From Candidatus Hydrogenedentota bacterium (GTDB lineage: Bacteria; Hydrogenedentota; Hydrogenedentia; Hydrogenedentales; SLHB01), in NCBI GenBank assembly GCA_029974275.1, contig JARKSN010000219.1, positions 1 to 19,561 on the forward strand: DNA of 19,561 bases, given 5' to 3'. A program made the translations under genes and the position numbers. Positions 14,540-19,561 of the stretch are shown one piece after another (the stretch's first letter is position 1; each line of letters begins with the position of its first letter). Under the pieces are notes generated by a model. That model did not search any database and was not told the origin of the DNA. It worked only from the letters and a program-made list of their open reading frames with translations.

Positions 14540-14702
14540 GATAGTATAGTGGCTATTTGTTTGTTAGGGTGGGGCGTACTTGGGCGGCCTTATTGCCGGA
14601 ACATCTCTGGATATCCCATCACATGGGCAAAAAGTTTCCCGTTCCTTTTTCCGGAATACGATGCACGGCGAGATGCTACTCCCGATCCTCCGCAATGTCA
14701 AA

Positions 14703-15659
14703 TCACGCGGAAGTCCCATCGGAAGCGCGGGAAGCGCCCCGCCGCGCGCACCTGTCGGCCCACTCGGCCTCGAGGCGGGGGCGCGCTTTCCAACGGCGAT
14801 GCGCCCACAGCCACTGTTCCGGATGACGGCGCACGACGGCTTCAACAGCGTCCTGACAACGCTGGCAATTCACCTCGAAATCGCCGAGCAGATCATCCGT
14901 TCGAACCATTTCGACGGCAGGACTGAACTCCATGACGTACGTGCCATCGGACTGGCGAACCATCGACGCGACGTGAATGGGCGATCCGGCGCGGACCGCC
15001 GTCACCATGGGCGCGATGGTGCCCCAACAGGGATGGCCGAAAAAACGCACGGGAACGCCTGCTTCGCGCGGGCTCTGGTCAATCAGAATGCCTACCACGC
15101 ACCCCTCCTGGAGCAAACGAACCACCTCGCGCCCCGCGCCTTCCTTGGGAAGGGTGATGACTCCATTCGCGCGACGGGTCGTGTCGACAAATGCATTCAG
15201 GCGAGGAGCATCAAGAGGACGCACCACCCCGACAAAGGGAAACCCGTGCCCGGTCAAGACCGATCCCATCCACTCCCAGTTCCCGATGTGCCCGCCAATC
15301 AAAAGAAGGCCGCGCTTCGCGTCGAGGCGTTCCAGGCCCTTCAGCACGACCTGCTGGCGCAGAAATTCGCCGCGTAATTGGCGGATTCGCGCAAACTCCG
15401 CGGCGACAATGCCGATGTTGCTCGCCGCTTGCCGGGCGATCCGCCGCTTCTCCCGGGGGGAAACACTATCCCCAAACGCCAAATCGAGATTGGCCAGACT
15501 AATCCGGCGCACTCGCGGCGCCGCATAGTACGACAACGCCCCAAGCGCATTTCCAATGGCCCGAGCGACAGGGAGGGGGAACGCGGCGGTCAGGCGGCAG
15601 AAACCGATGGAAACCACGGACACAATCCAGTCCCGGAAAAGCCCGCGCCGCCCCGCCAT
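14703..15659 (-). CDS. LpxL/HtrB-family lipid acyltransferase
   Basis: ANLDLAF, GHIGNWE (HX4E), GILIDQ, VRFFG and HPEQWLWAHRRWK. Start re-called to ATG 15659, 2 nt after the upstream stop. Confidence 0.88.
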   Translation of the reverse strand: MAGRRGLFRDWIVSVVSIGFCRLTAAFPLPVARAIGNALGALSYYAAPRVRRISLANLDLAFGDSVSPREKRRIARQAASNIGIVAAEFARIRQLRGEFLRQQVVLKGLERLDAKRGLLLIGGHIGNWEWMGSVLTGHGFPFVGVVRPLDAPRLNAFVDTTRRANGVITLPKEGAGREVVRLLQEGCVVGILIDQSPREAGVPVRFFGHPCWGTIAPMVTAVRAGSPIHVASMVRQSDGTYVMEFSPAVEMVRTDDLLGDFEVNCQRCQDAVEAVVRRHPEQWLWAHRRWKARPRLEAEWADRCARRGASRASDGTSA

Positions 15660-15661
15660 GG

Positions 15662-17026
15662 TTAGGCTTCCAGCGCGATCGGAACGCCCAGCTCCGGCAC
15701 AAACCGCCGAGCGTCTCCCGGACAGTTCGCACACATCCACGCGGTGGCCTCGGAATCGCCGTGGATGAACACGATGTTCTTGGGATGGAGCTGGTCCACA
15801 AGGCGGCACAAATCTTCCCGGGGAGCATGCGCACTGAAATCAAACTGCTTCACGTTCTCAATCTCAATCTTAACCGGCCTGCCCGTCAGTTCAAACGCGA
15901 AGGAATCGCCCGGCTTGGCGTGCAATAGCTTATGCCCGAGCGTGTCGGGGTCCAAATAGCCGACGAAGAAAATGCCGTGACGCTTGTCGCGCACCATTTC
16001 CTGGGCAATCATCGCCGACGGCGTGTTTTCGATCATCATGCCCGAGGTCGCCACGATGATGCAGGGCTTGCGCAATAGGTCCCGCGTCACCGCACGCTCC
16101 CAGACATCGCCAATACGGGCAAACTGACTTAGCGGCCGCAGCGTCGTCCCCGGACGAAAAAAATGTTCGTGTCTCGCATAAATTTCGTAGATCGCCCGAC
16201 CAAGACCGGATGCATACACCGGAACATCCGGGACGAGACCGCTCTCCTGGAGGCGCGCGATGATATTCAGCAGTTCCTGGGTCCGCCCAAGGGCAAACGA
16301 CGGAATGAGCACACAACCGTTCCCCTTGAGCACGCGAGAAATTTCGCGGCTCAACTGCATCACTTCCTCTTCGTACGTAGCGCGCCCCGACAAATCCTTC
16401 GCGCACCGCGTGCATTCGATCACCAAAGTGTCCGGCTGAAACCCGGGCGGCAACGGCGAAAACGCCGTCATCAGCTCTTGATGGGTCATCGAAACATCCC
16501 CGGTGTAAAACAAAGTATGCCCCGGGGCCTTCACCACAATGCTGGCGCTGCCCAACACATGCCCAGCCTGATGAAAGCAGACCCGAAACGGACTGTTCCA
16601 CGTCGGAGCGAACTCCTCGCCGAAATCCATGCCGTACATGCTGCGCAACAGCTCATCCACCTCTGCATGCGTATAGAGCGGATAATCCGGAATGCCGCGT
16701 TCGAGCGCCATCGTGCCCATGACCGACACGCTGTTGTGGAGCATACGATCAAGAATTTTGACGGTTGGCCCCGTCGCATAGCAGGCCGCTTCGGGGCATT
16801 GGCGCAAAAACAAAGGAAGAGCGCCGCAATGATCGATGTGGGAATGGGATATCAGCGCCGCTTGCGGGGGAGTCGTAATATGACGAAACGCCGGCAACGA
16901 CTCCAATCCCTCTTTCTTGGGATGCGTCCCGCAATCGATGAGCAGAGCTGCGTTGCCGAAAGAAACTACATAACTATTCGCGCCAATCTCGGCGCCGCCC
17001 AAGGCAGTGAACGAAAGTGTACTCAA
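15662..17026 (-). CDS. MBL-fold / beta-CASP ribonuclease (YSH1/CPSF73-like bacterial group)
   Basis: [62 protein letters not shown] and IHGD. TTG start preceded by GGAGGGA. Confidence 0.88.
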   Translation of the reverse strand: MSTLSFTALGGAEIGANSYVVSFGNAALLIDCGTHPKKEGLESLPAFRHITTPPQAALISHSHIDHCGALPLFLRQCPEAACYATGPTVKILDRMLHNSVSVMGTMALERGIPDYPLYTHAEVDELLRSMYGMDFGEEFAPTWNSPFRVCFHQAGHVLGSASIVVKAPGHTLFYTGDVSMTHQELMTAFSPLPPGFQPDTLVIECTRCAKDLSGRATYEEEVMQLSREISRVLKGNGCVLIPSFALGRTQELLNIIARLQESGLVPDVPVYASGLGRAIYEIYARHEHFFRPGTTLRPLSQFARIGDVWERAVTRDLLRKPCIIVATSGMMIENTPSAMIAQEMVRDKRHGIFFVGYLDPDTLGHKLLHAKPGDSFAFELTGRPVKIEIENVKQFDFSAHAPREDLCRLVDQLHPKNIVFIHGDSEATAWMCANCPGDARRFVPELGVPIALEA

Positions 17027-17166
17027 AGCATCCCTCCAGGGAGACGCATTGTAGGGAGACCCTGAATATATGTCAAGCCGAGTTGCCCCAACACAGGCAT
17101 AAGCGATATGATCCCGCCCGACTGTCTCGTCGCAACCGCATTAACCAATCGGGAAGGATGCTTGCC

Positions 17167-19446
17167 ATGGCTTTCGACATCGACATGATTCACCGGACCT
17201 ATGCGAATCTCGCGGGGCGAATCGCGGCGGCGCGCCATGCCGTGGGGCGGCCGTTGTCCTTCACGGAAAAAGCGCTGTATGCCCACTTGTACGACGGGGA
17301 AGCAAAAAACGCGTACAACCGAGGCGTTTCGTATGTGGATTTTGCGCCCGACCGCGTGGCGATGCAGGACGCGACGGCCCAAATGGCGTTGCTGCAATTC
17401 ATGTCGGCGGGCAAGGCGAAGACGGCCGTCCCGACGACGGTGCACTGTGACCACCTTATCCTCGCGGAAGTCGGCGCAAAACAGGATCTGCTGAACGCGC
17501 TGACCTCGAACGAGGAGGTCTACAATTTCCTGTCATCCGTCTCCAACAAGTACGGCATCGGCTTCTGGAAACCCGGCGCAGGCATCATCCACCAGGTCGT
17601 GCTCGAAAACTACGCATTTCCCGGCGGCATGATGATCGGCACGGATTCGCACACGCCGAACGCCGGTGGACTGGGCATGATCGCCATCGGCGTGGGCGGC
17701 GCCGACGCGGTGGACGTCATGGCCGGGATGGCGTGGGAGCTGAAGTTCCCGAAGATCATCGGCGTGAAACTCACCGGCAAACTGAGCGGCTGGGCGTCGG
17801 CCAAAGACGTAATCTTGAAAGTCGCGGGCATTCTGACCGTCAAGGGCGGGACGGGCGCGATTCTCGAATACTTCGGACCCGGCGCGGAGTCCCTTTCCTG
17901 CACGGGCAAGGGAACGATCTGCAACATGGGCGCGGAAATCGGCGCGACGACATCGGTGTTCGCCTTCGACGAATCGATGGCGCGCTATCTGCACTCGACA
18001 TCGCGGCAGGATGTGGCCAACGCCGCGATCAACGTCGCGGAACACCTCAAGGGAGATCCCGAGGTATATGCCGATCCCGAAAAATACTTCGATCAGGTGA
18101 TTGAGATTAACCTGTCCGAATTGGAGCCGCACATCAACGGCCCCTTCACGCCGGATTTGGCCTGGCCGTTGTCGGAATTCGCGGCTGCTGTCAAGAAAAA
18201 CGACTGGCCCGCGAAATTGGAGGTCGGCTTGATCGGTTCGTGCACCAACTCTTCCTATGAAGACATCGACCGCGCCGCGTCGCTGGCAAAACAAGCGGCG
18301 GCGAAAGGCCTGAAAGCGAAGTCGGAATTCACGGTCACGCCAGGGTCTGAGATGGTGCGGTACACGACCGAGCGCGACGGACAGCTCGCCGCATTCGAAG
18401 AAATCGGCGGCGTAGTGTTGGCAAACGCCTGCGGCCCATGCATCGGCCAGTGGAAGCGCCACACCGACGATCCCGCGAAGCGAAACTCGATCATCACCTC
18501 CTTCAACCGCAACTTCGCGAAACGCAACGACGGCAATCCGAACACGCACGCATTTGTGGCGTCGCCGGAGATTGTGACGGCGCTGGCGCTCGCGGGCGAT
18601 ATCACGTTCAACCCGATGACAGACGCCATCGAGAACGCGCGCGGCGAAAAGGTGAAGCTCGATCCGCCGCAGGGCGACGAACTGCCGAGCAAGGGCTTCG
18701 ACGTCAAAGACCCAGGCTATCAGGAACCGGCAGCGGACGGCAGCGCTGTGCAGGTCGTCGTCAAACCGGACTCCAAACGCCTTCAGTTGCTCGAATCGTT
18801 TCCAGCATGGGAAGGCGCAGACTTGAAAGGAATGCGTCTTTTGCTGAAAGCCAAAGGAAAATGCACGACGGACCACATCTCGATGGCAGGGCCGTGGCTG
18901 CGCTTCCGTGGGCACCTGGACAATATCTCGGATAACTGCTTCATCGGCGCGATCAATGCCTTCAACGGCGAGGCAAACAAGGTCAAAAACCAGTTCACCG
19001 GCAAATACGGCGAAGTCCCGAAGGTGCAACGCGCATACAAGGCCGCGGGCATCGGCACGGTAGTCGTCGGCGACGAAAACTACGGCGAGGGATCCTCGCG
19101 CGAACATGCCGCGATGGAACCGCGTTTCCTGGGCGTGCGCGCGATTCTGGCGCGCTCCTTCGCGCGCATTCACGAAACCAATCTCAAGAAACAGGGCATG
19201 CTCGCATTGACCTTCGCCGACAAGGCCGACTATGACAAAATACAGGAAGATGATTTGATCGATATCGTGGGCTTGACCGAATTCGCGCCGGGCGCCCCGC
19301 TGACCATTGTGCTGCACCACGCCGACGGCTCGACGGACGCGTTCAAGGCCAACCACACCTACAACGACGGACAGATTGAGTGGTTCAAGGCCGGCAGCGC
19401 ATTGAATTTGATTAAGCAAGGCAACGCAGATAAAACCAATATATAA
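17167..19446 (+). CDS. Aconitate hydratase (mitochondrial-like single-chain type)
   Basis: [63 protein letters not shown] and [13 protein letters not shown] 17167 with GGAAGGA 8 nt upstream. Confidence 0.95.
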   Translation: MAFDIDMIHRTYANLAGRIAAARHAVGRPLSFTEKALYAHLYDGEAKNAYNRGVSYVDFAPDRVAMQDATAQMALLQFMSAGKAKTAVPTTVHCDHLILAEVGAKQDLLNALTSNEEVYNFLSSVSNKYGIGFWKPGAGIIHQVVLENYAFPGGMMIGTDSHTPNAGGLGMIAIGVGGADAVDVMAGMAWELKFPKIIGVKLTGKLSGWASAKDVILKVAGILTVKGGTGAILEYFGPGAESLSCTGKGTICNMGAEIGATTSVFAFDESMARYLHSTSRQDVANAAINVAEHLKGDPEVYADPEKYFDQVIEINLSELEPHINGPFTPDLAWPLSEFAAAVKKNDWPAKLEVGLIGSCTNSSYEDIDRAASLAKQAAAKGLKAKSEFTVTPGSEMVRYTTERDGQLAAFEEIGGVVLANACGPCIGQWKRHTDDPAKRNSIITSFNRNFAKRNDGNPNTHAFVASPEIVTALALAGDITFNPMTDAIENARGEKVKLDPPQGDELPSKGFDVKDPGYQEPAADGSAVQVVVKPDSKRLQLLESFPAWEGADLKGMRLLLKAKGKCTTDHISMAGPWLRFRGHLDNISDNCFIGAINAFNGEANKVKNQFTGKYGEVPKVQRAYKAAGIGTVVVGDENYGEGSSREHAAMEPRFLGVRAILARSFARIHETNLKKQGMLALTFADKADYDKIQEDDLIDIVGLTEFAPGAPLTIVLHHADGSTDAFKANHTYNDGQIEWFKAGSALNLIKQGNADKTNI

Positions 19447-19478
19447 TCGGACCTTTATAGGACCTGCAAGGAGAACCC

Positions 19479-19561
19479 ATGTCTCATGGCGCACGTAAAT
19501 GGCGCTTTTGCGAGCACGATCGCGTGCGGGCATCGGAACTTGCCGAGCGCCTGGGCATCCC
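19479..19561 (+). CDS. Partial CDS running off the window, probably the N-terminus of ssDNA exonuclease RecJ
   Basis: AAGGAGA RBS, then MSHGARKWRFCEHDRVRASELAERLGI. The pattern K/R-W...D...LA..LGI resembles RecJ N-termini, but only 27 codons are visible. Confidence 0.5.
   Translation, partial: MSHGARKWRFCEHDRVRASELAERLGI

Noticed and set aside
19449..19465. GGACCT-ttata-GGACCT direct repeat after aconitase
   Set aside because: Only 6 bp twice in a 32-nt gap; compatible with chance.
17533..19533. 666-aa - strand ORF antisense to aconitase
   Set aside because: Same antisense shadow effect; no motifs.
1..19561. CRISPR arrays, IS/transposases, integrases, tRNA/rRNA, defence systems
   Set aside because: No spaced repeats, terminal inverted repeats with a transposase, cloverleaf or defence-gene motifs were seen.

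Overview
GC-rich bacterial chromosomal window with 12 complete or near-complete CDS and one partial CDS. No mobile element, CRISPR array, tRNA or rRNA is evident. On the + strand it opens with glyS (possibly the tail of a fused glyQS), rsgA, a response regulator with a degenerate GGDEF domain and a small lipoprotein. A 337-bp convergent intergenic gap follows, holding a highly structured ncRNA candidate and a perfect 14-bp hairpin. Next is a - strand three-gene operon (giant-cap HAD enzyme, GH38-fold protein, CBM9-like protein), then ppnP and a GH172/DUF2961 protein on +. A - strand run follows (beta-CASP nuclease, LpxL-like acyltransferase, ABC exporter fused to DUF1854), then aconitase and the start of a probable recJ on +. 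The best novelty candidate is the HAD/GH38/CBM9 operon: the GH38-fold protein keeps its metal ligands, but its catalytic nucleophile Asp appears replaced by Phe (GYNVFSFGQ), suggesting non-canonical chemistry. The structured RNA at about 4739-4982 is second. All family calls come from motif recognition by eye; no searches were run.
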